Below, in pieces: positions 26,078 to 35,132 of a stretch of DNA of 64,000 bases. Below the pieces are notes generated by a model, which worked only from the letters and a program-made list of their open reading frames with translations, made no database searches and was not told the origin of the DNA. The stretch covers positions 128,467-192,466 of the forward strand of contig JAQUPP010000001.1 in assembly GCA_028716665.1 (NCBI GenBank). Direction: 5' to 3'. The DNA is from Patescibacteria group bacterium (GTDB lineage Bacteria; Patescibacteriota; Patescibacteriia; UBA2591; JAQUPP01). Every line of letters begins with the position of its first letter. The stretch's first letter is position 1. The position numbers and the translations under genes were made by a program.

Positions 26078-26106
26078 GTTTTTAGAATATTAAAAAGGGG
26101 GAAGAG

Positions 26107-26346
26107 ATGAAAAATTTTTTTAGATTTTGGGGTCCAGTGATTATTGTGTGCTTAGGTGTAATTTTTCTATTCAAAAGTCTATTTGTTGCTCAAGATGCGT
26201 TTATGAAATCATCTGTGGTGCCTATTTGGACTTTATTTGGAGAACTTGGAGGAGCTATACTCACACTTGGAGGAGTTTTTCGGCTTACGTACATTGTAGA
26301 AACAGATATATTTGAAGAAAAAAACGAAAAAGGAGGTAAAAAATGA
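26107..26346 (+). CDS. Small 2-TM hypothetical protein
   Basis: AAGGGGG SD, two hydrophobic helices, ATGA-coupled to the next gene. Confidence 0.7.
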   Translation: MKNFFRFWGPVIIVCLGVIFLFKSLFVAQDAFMKSSVVPIWTLFGELGGAILTLGGVFRLTYIVETDIFEEKNEKGGKK

Positions 26347-26849
26347 AATATCCTAAATTCAGATGTTCTAAATGCGGAAGTAGTGTATTTGAAGAAGGAT
26401 TTACGATTGAGAGCACAAGTAACTTTATTTGGGATATCAAAGAACTCAAATGTGGCAGGTGTGGTGAAATTTTAGTAGCAAAATGCTCGGTCTGTGATAA
26501 ATGGCATGCACCAATAAAATCAAATTGTCTGACGGCTGATGAAAAAAAGGTTCGGGGATTAGAGAAGGTGAATCAGGAAATTAGAAAAAAAGAACCCCCT
26601 TATTATGGGCTTATCTTCGTAGGATGTTTTTGGGGATTTGCTATCCTGGGAGTAGGATTAGTAATAGAATGTCACCCCGTTATTTTTATAGGTGGTTGTC
26701 TGATATTTCTAACCATATGCATGGCTCTTTGTGCTTCTACGGTTAAGTTTCAAAAATTTATAGAACGGAAAACTCGCCAAAAATTTCCAGAACTTTTTCA
26801 GAAAAAAGAGGAATTAGAGAGAGAAATTAAAAGGACAAAGAAAAGGTAA
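26343..26849 (+). CDS. Zn-ribbon + 2-TM hypothetical membrane protein
   Basis: CSKC/CGRC/CSVC, two TM, QKFPELFQKKEELERE. AGGAGG SD. Confidence 0.8.
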   Translation: MKYPKFRCSKCGSSVFEEGFTIESTSNFIWDIKELKCGRCGEILVAKCSVCDKWHAPIKSNCLTADEKKVRGLEKVNQEIRKKEPPYYGLIFVGCFWGFAILGVGLVIECHPVIFIGGCLIFLTICMALCASTVKFQKFIERKTRQKFPELFQKKEELEREIKRTKKR

Positions 26850-26851
26850 CA

Positions 26852-26887
26852 AAAAAAGGGGTCTGAAAAAATTCAGCCCCTTTTTTC
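26852..26887. terminator. Bidirectional terminator
   Basis: AAAAAAGGGGTCTGAA...TTCAGCCCCTTTTTT. Confidence 0.75.
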
Positions 26888-26910
26888 TATTTATAGAAAT
26901 TTCGAATTGT

Positions 26911-27177
26911 TTATTTTTTAGAACCAATTTTGGTTTTCATGCCGAGAATTGTTCCGGTTGCGACGCCCGCCGCATAAACCATAATTGCTATTATACTTCT
27001 TTCATTATCAAGCCGAGTTAAAATATTATAAAGCACGAGCATTGATACAACTGTCACGGCAAAAGAAAAAATAGCCGCGGGAACAACTTTTTCTTTATTG
27101 ATATATCGCCAATTAAGAGTTAACAAAAAATCCTGCAAAACGCCAGCTAAGTAATAAATTATAAGATAATAATGCAT
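26911..27177 (-). CDS. Small membrane protein (UPF0316/DUF5698-like)
   Basis: Three TM helices. YAAGVATGTILG resembles the YAxGFAxG motif. Confidence 0.6.
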   Translation of the reverse strand: MHYYLIIYYLAGVLQDFLLTLNWRYINKEKVVPAAIFSFAVTVVSMLVLYNILTRLDNERSIIAIMVYAAGVATGTILGMKTKIGSKK

Positions 27178-27199
27178 ATTTGTGTGTTTTTATAATCAA

Positions 27200-27271
27200 T
27201 GCCCCCGAGAGGAATCGAACCCCTATCTCATCCTTAGGACGGATTTGCTCTATCCGTTGAGCTACGAGGGC
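27200..27271 (-). tRNA. tRNA-Arg(CCU)
   Basis: GCCCTCG acceptor, TAGCTCAACGGATAGAGC, ATCC-GTCCTAA-GGAT anticodon arm, GGTTCGATTCC. Confidence 0.92.
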
Positions 27272-27279
27272 GGAAAATT

Positions 27280-27430
27280 AACAAGTATATAAGTTAATAA
27301 GTTGGTAAGCTAACTAAGTAAATAAGCTGATAAGTATGTAAGTGGATAAGCAAATAAATAATTTATTATTTCTTTTTTACTTATCTACTTATTAACTTGC
27401 CAGCTTGGTTAGCTTATTTGTCAGCTTGAA
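27280..27430. repeat. 8-nt TAAG(T/C)NNN repeat array with inverted arm
   Basis: taagttaa taagttgg taagctaa taagtaaa taagctga taagtatg... followed by acttatct acttatta acttgcca gcttggtt agcttatt. Confidence 0.8.
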
Positions 27431-27431
27431 A

Positions 27432-27638
27432 TTATTGCTTGATCAATTTTCCCATTAGCGATTCGGCCAAATGAGATAAGAAACTTGTTTGACTGTTTAT
27501 AATTGCCAAGACAACTAAAACCAAAATTAAAATTGTGGTTGTCCAAAATACTTTTTTTAATCCTTTGCGAATGTAATCACTGGTATCGGGGGCAGTTTTT
27601 AATTTTGTTTCGTTGGCGATTTTTATTGTTTGAGCCAT
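27432..27638 (-). CDS. Small single-TM hypothetical protein
   Basis: 68-aa ORF with one hydrophobic helix. Confidence 0.6.
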   Translation of the reverse strand: MAQTIKIANETKLKTAPDTSDYIRKGLKKVFWTTTILILVLVVLAIINSQTSFLSHLAESLMGKLIKQ

Positions 27639-27793
27639 ATTTTTATATTTAGTTAAAATCTTATATCCAATACTTTAAATGATAAATAGGTTTTTGTCAA
27701 TTGGGAGGGTATAAAAAGGTTGACTATTAAAATTATTCTATTATAATTTAATATCATGTCTTTAATTTAATTAATAATTAACTAAAAAATATT

Positions 27794-28186
27794 ATGTTTG
27801 AAAAAGACGCAAAAATGAAACCCGAAGACACCGAAACAATTATCGGCGCCGGGGTAAAAGTTGAAGGAACTTTCGTGGCCGCCGGAGACGTAGTGGTCAA
27901 AGGCCAAATCATCGGTTCAGTTGAAACCGAGAGTGATTTGATTTTAAAACAGGGTGGCTTGATTGAAGCCGACATTAAAGCCCAAAATATTTCCGTAGCC
28001 GGAGTGGTTAAGGGAAATTTGGAAGTATTGAATAAAATTGAAATGGCTTCCACGGCCAATGTCGCGGGCGATATTAATTGCCAAATCCTTTCCATGGAAG
28101 AAGGAGCGACTTTAAGCGGCCGCTGCAGCGTTGGCAAGGGCCCATCAACTTCCGGACATAAAAGAGAAAAAGCAGAAGAGATATAA
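27794..28186 (+). CDS. Bactofilin (polymer-forming cytoskeletal protein)
   Basis: ETIIGAGVKVEG, G.IIG, I.VAG.V.GN, V.GDI....L.MEEGA.L.G.C. Confidence 0.93.
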   Translation: MFEKDAKMKPEDTETIIGAGVKVEGTFVAAGDVVVKGQIIGSVETESDLILKQGGLIEADIKAQNISVAGVVKGNLEVLNKIEMASTANVAGDINCQILSMEEGATLSGRCSVGKGPSTSGHKREKAEEI

Positions 28187-28244
28187 AGGGCTTTCTTTAA
28201 ATTTTTGAGCGCGAAGCACGATAAAAATTTAACTAGAAAACCTT

Positions 28245-28355
28245 TACCCGCCCAGATTTTTGGACTATTAATTAAGATTAGGGCGATGTATTAGGTCTAT
28301 GTTTTATCTGACCCGAAGATTGTGGCAAGTAAGTGTCCAAAAACTTGGGCGGGTA
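28245..28355. mobile_element. MITE-like element
   Basis: TACCCGCCCAGATTTTTGGAC ... GTCCAAAAACTTGGGCGGGTA terminal inverted repeats. Confidence 0.75.
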
Positions 28356-28413
28356 CGCAAAATTATAGTTAAAAATTTTGCGCTTTCAGCTTAAATTTTC
28401 AAATAATTTTGGT

Positions 28414-29196
28414 ATGTATTTTTACATTTACGATTCTTTTTTATCTGAGAAAAGGTATGAAAAACAAGTCAATGAAATAGAAATTCGATTGGCTAATTTA
28501 GGTATTACGGGCAAAAAAATCCGCTTTTCCATTTTAAAAAGCATCTCGGATATTATCAAAGAAAGTTTAAGAGATAAAAATCCAACCGTAGTGATTGTGG
28601 GAAGTGATGAAACTTTTATTCAAGCGGCTATTCCCATGGCTAATCAAAATGCGGTTCTGGGTTTTATCCCCACTCAGTCAAACTCAACAATGGCGCATAT
28701 TTTAGGCTTGCCGACCAATGAATTCGCCTGTGATGTGATTTCATCGCGCCGAATTGAAGATGTAAGCTTGGGCATGATTAACGGGCAGTATTTTCTTTCG
28801 TCTTTAGAATTTAATCCGGTTCAGACCCGTTTGATTTGCGATGAACAATATCAAATCAATCCTACCGGAATTAATCTGACAAAAGTTGTTAATTTGGATC
28901 TTTTGCAATTTAAAAAAATGTCTCAGGACCCTGATTTTAAAAAAACAGTTTCCGATCCAAAAGACAATTATTTGGAAGTTTTATTGGGAAATGCGGGCAA
29001 AGACTTTCTTTTTATAAAAGGCAAAGACAAAAAAGACAGTTTATTTTTCGTAAAAAAATTGAGAGTTGAATCCAAAAAAGAGGGCGATGAAGTATTTATT
29101 AAAGTTGATCAGAATAAAATCGTTAAAACTCCGGCCATAATTGAAGTTGCTCCCAAAGTTTTAAAATTAATTGTCGGAAAAGACAGACTCATCTAA
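28414..29196 (+). CDS. Diacylglycerol kinase catalytic-domain-like protein (degenerate)
   Basis: VVIVGSDETF (cf. GGDGT), LGFIP, LG.IN..YF, P..IEVAP..LK.IV. ATG 28414. Confidence 0.7.
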   Translation: MYFYIYDSFLSEKRYEKQVNEIEIRLANLGITGKKIRFSILKSISDIIKESLRDKNPTVVIVGSDETFIQAAIPMANQNAVLGFIPTQSNSTMAHILGLPTNEFACDVISSRRIEDVSLGMINGQYFLSSLEFNPVQTRLICDEQYQINPTGINLTKVVNLDLLQFKKMSQDPDFKKTVSDPKDNYLEVLLGNAGKDFLFIKGKDKKDSLFFVKKLRVESKKEGDEVFIKVDQNKIVKTPAIIEVAPKVLKLIVGKDRLI

Positions 29197-29257
29197 AATT
29201 TTCAATTTTCAATAAAATTAACTCGTTAACTCTTTAATCCGTTAACTCAAAAATAAA

Positions 29258-29896
29258 ATGAACAAACTAGACATTGCAAAACTTATTGATTATACGAATG
29301 TAAGCCCGATTGCCACGAGTTCTGATATTAAAAAACTTTGCCAAGAAGCCAAGAAATACGGCTTCTTTTCCGTTTGCGTGACTTCTTCAAGAGCAAAATT
29401 GGCTAAAAGTTTTTTGAAAAATTCATCAATAAAATTAATCAGCGTGGTTGGATTTCCACATGGCACCACCACCAGCCAAATTAAAGCGGCCGAAGCCAAA
29501 CAGGCGGTTGAAAACGGAGCTGACGAAATTGACATGGTGATGAACATTGGCGCTTTTAAAGAAAAAAATTATCAATATGTTTTAAATGAAATAAAAATGG
29601 TGGTTAAATCGGCAAAACCGAAATCGGTTAAAGTGATTATTGAAACTTGTTATTTGACTAAAAATGAAATTAAGAAAGTTTGTCAAATTGTGAAAAAATC
29701 CGGCGCAGTTTTTGTCAAAACTTCCACCGGTTACGGACCGTCAGGCGCGAAAGAAGAAGATATTAAATTGATGCGAAAAACAGTTGGTCCAGATTTCGGC
29801 GTAAAAGCTTCAGGTGGAATTAGAGATTTGGAAACAATTTTAAAAATGATTAAAGCCGGAGCAAATCGAATCGGCACCAGAACTTTATTGAAGTAG
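29258..29896 (+). CDS. deoC: Deoxyribose-phosphate aldolase
   Basis: VVGFPHG, GADEIDMV, KVIIET, FVKTSTG, VKASGGIR, GANRIGT. Confidence 0.96.
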   Translation: MNKLDIAKLIDYTNVSPIATSSDIKKLCQEAKKYGFFSVCVTSSRAKLAKSFLKNSSIKLISVVGFPHGTTTSQIKAAEAKQAVENGADEIDMVMNIGAFKEKNYQYVLNEIKMVVKSAKPKSVKVIIETCYLTKNEIKKVCQIVKKSGAVFVKTSTGYGPSGAKEEDIKLMRKTVGPDFGVKASGGIRDLETILKMIKAGANRIGTRTLLK

Positions 29897-29898
29897 AA

Positions 29899-29999
29899 AA
29901 TAGTTTACAGTTTTTAGTTAATGGTTATAGTTGGTCGGTTGCTAGTTTAAAACCAAAAACCAGTAAACTAAAACTAAAGACTAATAACCAAAAACCATT
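29899..29999. repeat. 7-nt periodic inverted repeat array
   Basis: tagttta/cagtttt/tagttaa/tggttat arm followed by aaaacca/aaaacta/aagacta/ataacca arm. Confidence 0.75.
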
Positions 30000-31559
30000 A
30001 TGTTAGCGAAAATTCTTTCGGCAGTTAATGTCGGAATAGAATCAAATTTAGTGGAAGTTGAAGTGGATATTGCAAGCGGATTTCCTTGTTTTGATATTGT
30101 CGGCTTGCCGGATCGGGCCATTGAAGAATCAAAAATGAGAGTTCGCTCGGCCATTATTAATTCCGGCTTGAAATTTTTACCGGATCCGCGCAAAAAACGT
30201 TTAACAATTAATTTGGCGCCGGCTGATGTGAAAAAAGAAGGCTCGGTTTATGATTTGCCCATGGCGGTTGGAATTTTAATCGCTTCAAATCAGATCCCGG
30301 CCGATTTTTTAAAAGAGAAGAGTTTATTTGTCGGCGAATTGGCTTTAAACGGCGAGCTTCGTCATTCTAAAGGGGTTTTACCAATGGCGATTTTAGCCGC
30401 GGAAAAAGGCATCAAAAATATTTTTTTGCCTTCTTCTAATGCTCAAGAGGCGGCTTTGATAGAAAATGAAAATTTTAAAATTTATCCGCTTGATTCTTTG
30501 GATTCTTTAATCAGTCATTTGACCGGACAAAAAATAATCAAACCTTTTATCGGCGAAAATATTAATGTTTTGGAGAAAGAAACAGAATATGAATTTGATA
30601 TGGCTTATGTCAAAGGCCAAGAACAGGCAAAAAGAGCCTTGGAAATCGCGGCAGCCGGCGGACACAATATTTTGATGAGCGGCGCGCCGGGTTCAGGAAA
30701 AACTCTTTTGGCAAAAACTATACCTTCAATTTTGCCGAAAATGTCCAAAGAAGAAATTTTAGATGTAACAAAAATTTACAGCGTGGCCGGACTTTTAACA
30801 GAAGGCGAACTGAAATTTGAAAGACCTTTTCGATCTCCTCATCACACTATTTCTGACGTAGCCATGGTTGGCGGAGGACAAATCCCCAAACCGGGTGAAA
30901 TCAGCTTGGCTCATCGGGGAGTTTTATTTTTAGACGAAGTGCCGGAATTTTCCCGTCATGTTTTGGAAAGTTTGCGCCAGCCGTTGGAAGATGGCATAAT
31001 TTCCATTTCCCGAGCCAGGGGCGCTTTGGTTTTTCCATCAAAATTTATTTTAATTGCCGCTCAAAATCCTTGTCCTTGCGGATATTATCGCGATCCGGAA
31101 AAACCATGCCGCTGCGGTATTGGCGAAATTACAAAATATCGTAAAAAAATATCCGGGCCGTTGTTGGACCGAATTGATTTGCACTTGGAAATTCCCCGTC
31201 TTAAATTTGAAAAATTAACCAATGAAAAAGTTGCTGAAAGTTCAAAAGAAATCAGAAAAAGAGTGGAAAAAGCGAGAGAAATTCAAACAAAAAGATTTAA
31301 AAATGATTCATCCAAGAAAAAAGTTTTAACCAATGCCGAAATGACTTTGCCGCAATTGAAAAAATTCTGTCAAGTTGACGATAAAAGCCACGAATTATTG
31401 AAAAAAGCCATTGATCAATTTGCTTTGTCAACGCGCGCTTATCATCGGATTTTAAAAGTTTCCCGAACCATTGCCGATTTGGCCGGCGACAAAGAAATTA
31501 CTTTTAATCATATTGCCGAAGCCATTCAATATAGGACAAAATTAGAAGAAGTATTATAG
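30000..31559 (+). CDS. comM: YifB/ComM Mg-chelatase-like AAA+ helicase
   Basis: VEVEVD, VGLPD, NLAPAD..KEG..YDLP, GAPGSGKT, PFRSPHH, PGEISLAHRGVLFLDE, NPCPCG. Confidence 0.93.
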   Translation: MLAKILSAVNVGIESNLVEVEVDIASGFPCFDIVGLPDRAIEESKMRVRSAIINSGLKFLPDPRKKRLTINLAPADVKKEGSVYDLPMAVGILIASNQIPADFLKEKSLFVGELALNGELRHSKGVLPMAILAAEKGIKNIFLPSSNAQEAALIENENFKIYPLDSLDSLISHLTGQKIIKPFIGENINVLEKETEYEFDMAYVKGQEQAKRALEIAAAGGHNILMSGAPGSGKTLLAKTIPSILPKMSKEEILDVTKIYSVAGLLTEGELKFERPFRSPHHTISDVAMVGGGQIPKPGEISLAHRGVLFLDEVPEFSRHVLESLRQPLEDGIISISRARGALVFPSKFILIAAQNPCPCGYYRDPEKPCRCGIGEITKYRKKISGPLLDRIDLHLEIPRLKFEKLTNEKVAESSKEIRKRVEKAREIQTKRFKNDSSKKKVLTNAEMTLPQLKKFCQVDDKSHELLKKAIDQFALSTRAYHRILKVSRTIADLAGDKEITFNHIAEAIQYRTKLEEVL

Positions 31560-31561
31560 GG

Positions 31562-31618
31562 CAAGCTAATAAGTTGATAAGCTTACTAAGTAAATAAGTT
31601 AATAAGTAAATAAATAAC
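31562..31618. repeat. 8-nt TAAG repeat array (single arm)
   Basis: caagctaa taagttga taagctta ctaagtaaa taagttaa taagtaaa. Confidence 0.75.
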
Positions 31619-31622
31619 GAAG

Positions 31623-32690
31623 ATGAAAAAAAATAAAGTTATTCATTTAAAAAGAAGTTATCGCATCGGCCGCGAAATTATCGCCGATATGAAGGGCTGC
31701 GACGCGCGAATCATTAATGATGAGCAGCTTTTAAAAAGATTGGTTCAGGAAGCTATCCACAAAACAGACCATCATTTATTAAGTTTGGTCTCCAAAAAGT
31801 TTTCACCGGTCGGAATAACGATTGTCGGAATTTTAGCCGAAAGCCATATCAGCGTGCATACTTATCCGGAAATCGGCTATGTCGGCATTGATATTTTTAC
31901 TTGCGGCGCGAATAAACCAGAGCCGATCCTTGATTATTTAAAGGAAAAAATCGGCGCCAAAGATGTAAGTTGGACGTTTATTAAAAGAGGAACAATGCGT
32001 CAATGGAAGACAATTTTGCAAAGTGAAGGATTCAGGCGTGAAATTGAGGTGATAAAAACAATTCATAAACGACAAACTCCATATCAAAATTTGGAATTGG
32101 TTAAAACAAAAAAACTCGGTACCTGTCTTTTTTCAAACGGTATTTTGCAATATGCAACAACTGATTCAAATTTTTATGATGATCAAATGTTAAAAAAATT
32201 AAAACTTATCAAGGCGGAATCGGTTTTGATTATCGGCGGCGGAGATTGTTCGGTTCTGAAAAAAATAATTCCGAATAAGCATTTGAAAGACATTTATATG
32301 TTTGAGCAAGATCAGCAAGTGGTGGAAATTGCCAAAAAATATTTGGGAGCAAATAAGGTTTTGAGAGATCCGCGTTTGAAAATGTTTTACGGCGACGCAC
32401 TTGAAACCATTCCCTATTTGAAAGACAAAAAAATTGACTACGCGGTGGTGGATATTATTTCAGAATCAGAAACAAAATTTAAAAAATTCTACAACGAAAT
32501 GATGAAATTGCTGCATGAAATAAAGGTTCCGGCTTGGTCGGCTTGCGCGGGAAATATTTTGGAAACGCAAAAACTGAAATGCATTAAAAATTCAGCCGAA
32601 AAATTTTATGATCATATTATCATGGAAGATAAATGGTTTTTGTCCGGCGGAATGACAAGATTTTTATTCGGTGAAAAACTGAGAAAATAA
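31623..32690 (+). CDS. speD: S-adenosylmethionine decarboxylase fused to an aminopropyltransferase-like domain
   Basis: KFSPVGIT, LAESHISVHTYPE (pyruvoyl cleavage), DIFTCG; then TPYQ, LIIGGGD, GDA. Confidence 0.9.
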   Translation: MKKNKVIHLKRSYRIGREIIADMKGCDARIINDEQLLKRLVQEAIHKTDHHLLSLVSKKFSPVGITIVGILAESHISVHTYPEIGYVGIDIFTCGANKPEPILDYLKEKIGAKDVSWTFIKRGTMRQWKTILQSEGFRREIEVIKTIHKRQTPYQNLELVKTKKLGTCLFSNGILQYATTDSNFYDDQMLKKLKLIKAESVLIIGGGDCSVLKKIIPNKHLKDIYMFEQDQQVVEIAKKYLGANKVLRDPRLKMFYGDALETIPYLKDKKIDYAVVDIISESETKFKKFYNEMMKLLHEIKVPAWSACAGNILETQKLKCIKNSAEKFYDHIIMEDKWFLSGGMTRFLFGEKLRK

Positions 32691-32691
32691 T

Positions 32692-33582
32692 ATGAAGAAG
32701 AAAAAATATACATTTGAATTTCATCCCACGGGAAAAATTCTTGAGGGCAAAAAAGCGAATTTTAATTATGCTTACGGTTTTGCTTATGACAAACTTATTT
32801 ATAAAGGCAAAACCAAATATCAGAAAATTGAACTTTTTGACACGCCGTGGCTGGGCAAATTATTGAAATTGGACGGTTATTTCCAAACCTCTGAAAAAGA
32901 TGAATTTTTTTATCACGAAGCAATGACGCAACCGGCTTTGTTCTCGCATCCCAATCCGAAAAAAGTTTTGATTATCGGCGGCGGAGATGGCGGAATTTTA
33001 AAGCAAGTTTTGGCGCATCGATCAATTGAGAAAGTAATAATGGTGGAAATAGACAAGGAAGTGATTGATTTTTCCAAAAAATATTTAAAATTTATCCACA
33101 AAAATTCATTTAAAAATCCTAAAGCTGAAATTATTGTCGGAGACGGGAAAAAATTTGTGGAAGAAACAAAAGAAAAATTTGATGTGATTATTTCCGATTT
33201 GACCGATCCGATTGGTCCGTCAAAAGCGCTTTATACAAGAAGTTTTTATCAGAAAATCTCATCAAAACTGGGGAAAAACGGCATTTTTATGACACATTTG
33301 GATTTGGTGACCACTCGGCCGGAATTATCAAAATGGATTTATAAAAATTTAAAATCTGTTTTTAAATTTTCTTCGGTTTTTGCTTCTTATATCCCTCTTT
33401 ATGGATCTTTAATGGCTTTCGGTATTAACAGCAATTATATTGACGCGACAAAAATAAAAAATGAAATTATTCAAAAAAGATTAAAAGAACGCAAGGTGAA
33501 AAATTTGAAATGGTATTATCCGAAAATTCATCAGGCGATTTTTGCCTTGCCGGTTTATCTTAAAAAGCTATTTAAAATTTAA
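32692..33582 (+). CDS. speE: Spermidine synthase
   Basis: TKYQ, LKLDG..Q....DEFFYHE, VLIIGGGDGG, VEID, DVIISDLTDP. Confidence 0.95.
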   Translation: MKKKKYTFEFHPTGKILEGKKANFNYAYGFAYDKLIYKGKTKYQKIELFDTPWLGKLLKLDGYFQTSEKDEFFYHEAMTQPALFSHPNPKKVLIIGGGDGGILKQVLAHRSIEKVIMVEIDKEVIDFSKKYLKFIHKNSFKNPKAEIIVGDGKKFVEETKEKFDVIISDLTDPIGPSKALYTRSFYQKISSKLGKNGIFMTHLDLVTTRPELSKWIYKNLKSVFKFSSVFASYIPLYGSLMAFGINSNYIDATKIKNEIIQKRLKERKVKNLKWYYPKIHQAIFALPVYLKKLFKI

Positions 33583-33604
33583 GTTAGTGATATAATTTAG
33601 AAAA

Positions 33605-33647
33605 TTAAAAAAGTCTCTCTAAAAATTTTTAGAGAGACTTTTTTAAT
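33605..33647. terminator. Bidirectional terminator
   Basis: TTAAAAAAGTCTCTCTAAAAA/TTTTTAGAGAGACTTTTTTAA perfect palindrome between convergent genes. Confidence 0.85.
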
Positions 33648-33660
33648 ATATTAATTTTTT

Positions 33661-34902
33661 TTACTCCGCGTAAATATAACCCAAAATACGCACATCATTA
33701 CGGTTAATTGTTCTCTGGGTGACGCGCCAAGGAGTAGGATGATTCATCTCAGTAAAAGTAATAGTGTCATTGTTAAAAGATTCAACATAAGCAACGTGTC
33801 CCCAACAATAGGAACTTCTTCCACAACAACCGCGGCCGGCCTCACATAAAGAAACAACGGCTCCTTTTTGAGGATCATCTCCAATTTTAAATCCTCGCTG
33901 TCTGGCGTTACCGAGCCAGTCTTTGGCATTACCGCTCCAAGCGACACATTTGCCGAGATCGGTTGCCCATTTATAAGCTACATAAGAAGTACATTGACCG
34001 TTATAAAATTTGTGGCATTTTGTGTTTCTTAACCAAGAATTGTAGTTTGGTGAAGTTGTTACCAATTCTGTTTTTTCAAAACGAGGTTGAACAACTTGAG
34101 GTTTTGGCACTACCGGCGGAGGTGCTGAAGGTTGAGATCCGTAAGGAATAATTAAAATATCATTTGCTAAAATATCAGAAGCATCGGCCAAGCCGTTGAA
34201 ATCAACGATATCATTTATTGACGCTTTATATTTTCTAGCGATTTGATCCAAAGTTTCACCCGATTTGACTTTATGAGTTAAACCGTCGATAGGCAAAATA
34301 GAAAGTGTTTGTCCGGGTCTGATAAGATTTGCCGAACGAAGCGTTAAATTGTTTGCCGCAAGAATGGAAGTGATATTAATGCCGAATTTTTGAGCAATAG
34401 TATAAATAGTATCCCCTGCTTCAATGACATATTTTTCAACCTCTGTTCTGGTGTTTGGCATTGAGTCATTAAATTCTGTCTCAGGAGTAATTAAAGTGCT
34501 GCCGCCCAGGGTTAAAGAAATATCAGAATTTGCCAGCATTCTATTGCCGGCAATATGAAAATCAGCCTCCTTCTTATCGGAAGAGGCTTGATTGTTAAAA
34601 TTATTTTGAGCCTTAACAATAATTTTATCTTGATTGGTAATAGAGGTAATCAAATTTTCATGATTGGAGTTTTCATAAAGATTTTTCATTTCCAAAGATG
34701 AGAAAATAATAAAAAAGGCGATTACCGCCACTAAAGCAAATTCGCCCGTTATTATTTTATCACGGTGTCTAAGGCAAAAATGAGAGATGTAAAGTATTCT
34801 CCCGATAATCGCTTTTCCCAGATTGGCCAAGCCTGATTGAACATTGGACCACAAATTGTTCAGAAAAACCTTAAGATAATTGTTTTCAAGAGGTTTTTTC
34901 AT
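33661..34902 (-). CDS. Membrane-anchored LysM x2 + CHAP peptidoglycan hydrolase
   Basis: YVIEAGDTI..IA, HKVKSGETL..IA LysM domains; GQCTSYV, GNAKDW, GHVAYVE, TEMN CHAP. Confidence 0.9.
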   Translation of the reverse strand: MKKPLENNYLKVFLNNLWSNVQSGLANLGKAIIGRILYISHFCLRHRDKIITGEFALVAVIAFFIIFSSLEMKNLYENSNHENLITSITNQDKIIVKAQNNFNNQASSDKKEADFHIAGNRMLANSDISLTLGGSTLITPETEFNDSMPNTRTEVEKYVIEAGDTIYTIAQKFGINITSILAANNLTLRSANLIRPGQTLSILPIDGLTHKVKSGETLDQIARKYKASINDIVDFNGLADASDILANDILIIPYGSQPSAPPPVVPKPQVVQPRFEKTELVTTSPNYNSWLRNTKCHKFYNGQCTSYVAYKWATDLGKCVAWSGNAKDWLGNARQRGFKIGDDPQKGAVVSLCEAGRGCCGRSSYCWGHVAYVESFNNDTITFTEMNHPTPWRVTQRTINRNDVRILGYIYAE

Positions 34903-35017
34903 AATTTAACCCTTGTTCAGGGTTGTTTTTTATTATCAAGCGAGTGAGAGAAAAGCAATCCGCTAATGCGAGAGTGCTTTTCCGAGCAAGCGCAGATATC
35001 AAAGGTTTAATATCTTT

Positions 35018-35045
35018 ATTATACCACTAATTTTTCGCTTGTCAA
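35018..35045 (-). promoter_or_regulatory. Sigma70 promoter of the LysM-CHAP gene
   Basis: TTGACA-N16-TATAAT with a TGG extension. Confidence 0.75.
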
Positions 35046-35132
35046 GAGGATAAGTTTATGTTAAGATTAAATGATAAAAATATAGAAAAGAGTATGAAAA
35101 GTAAAATATTTTCAAAAAAATTAACCAAAAAG

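Noticed and set aside
27280-27430. CRISPR array
   Set aside because: Units are 7-8 nt, degenerate and without unique spacers; no cas genes.
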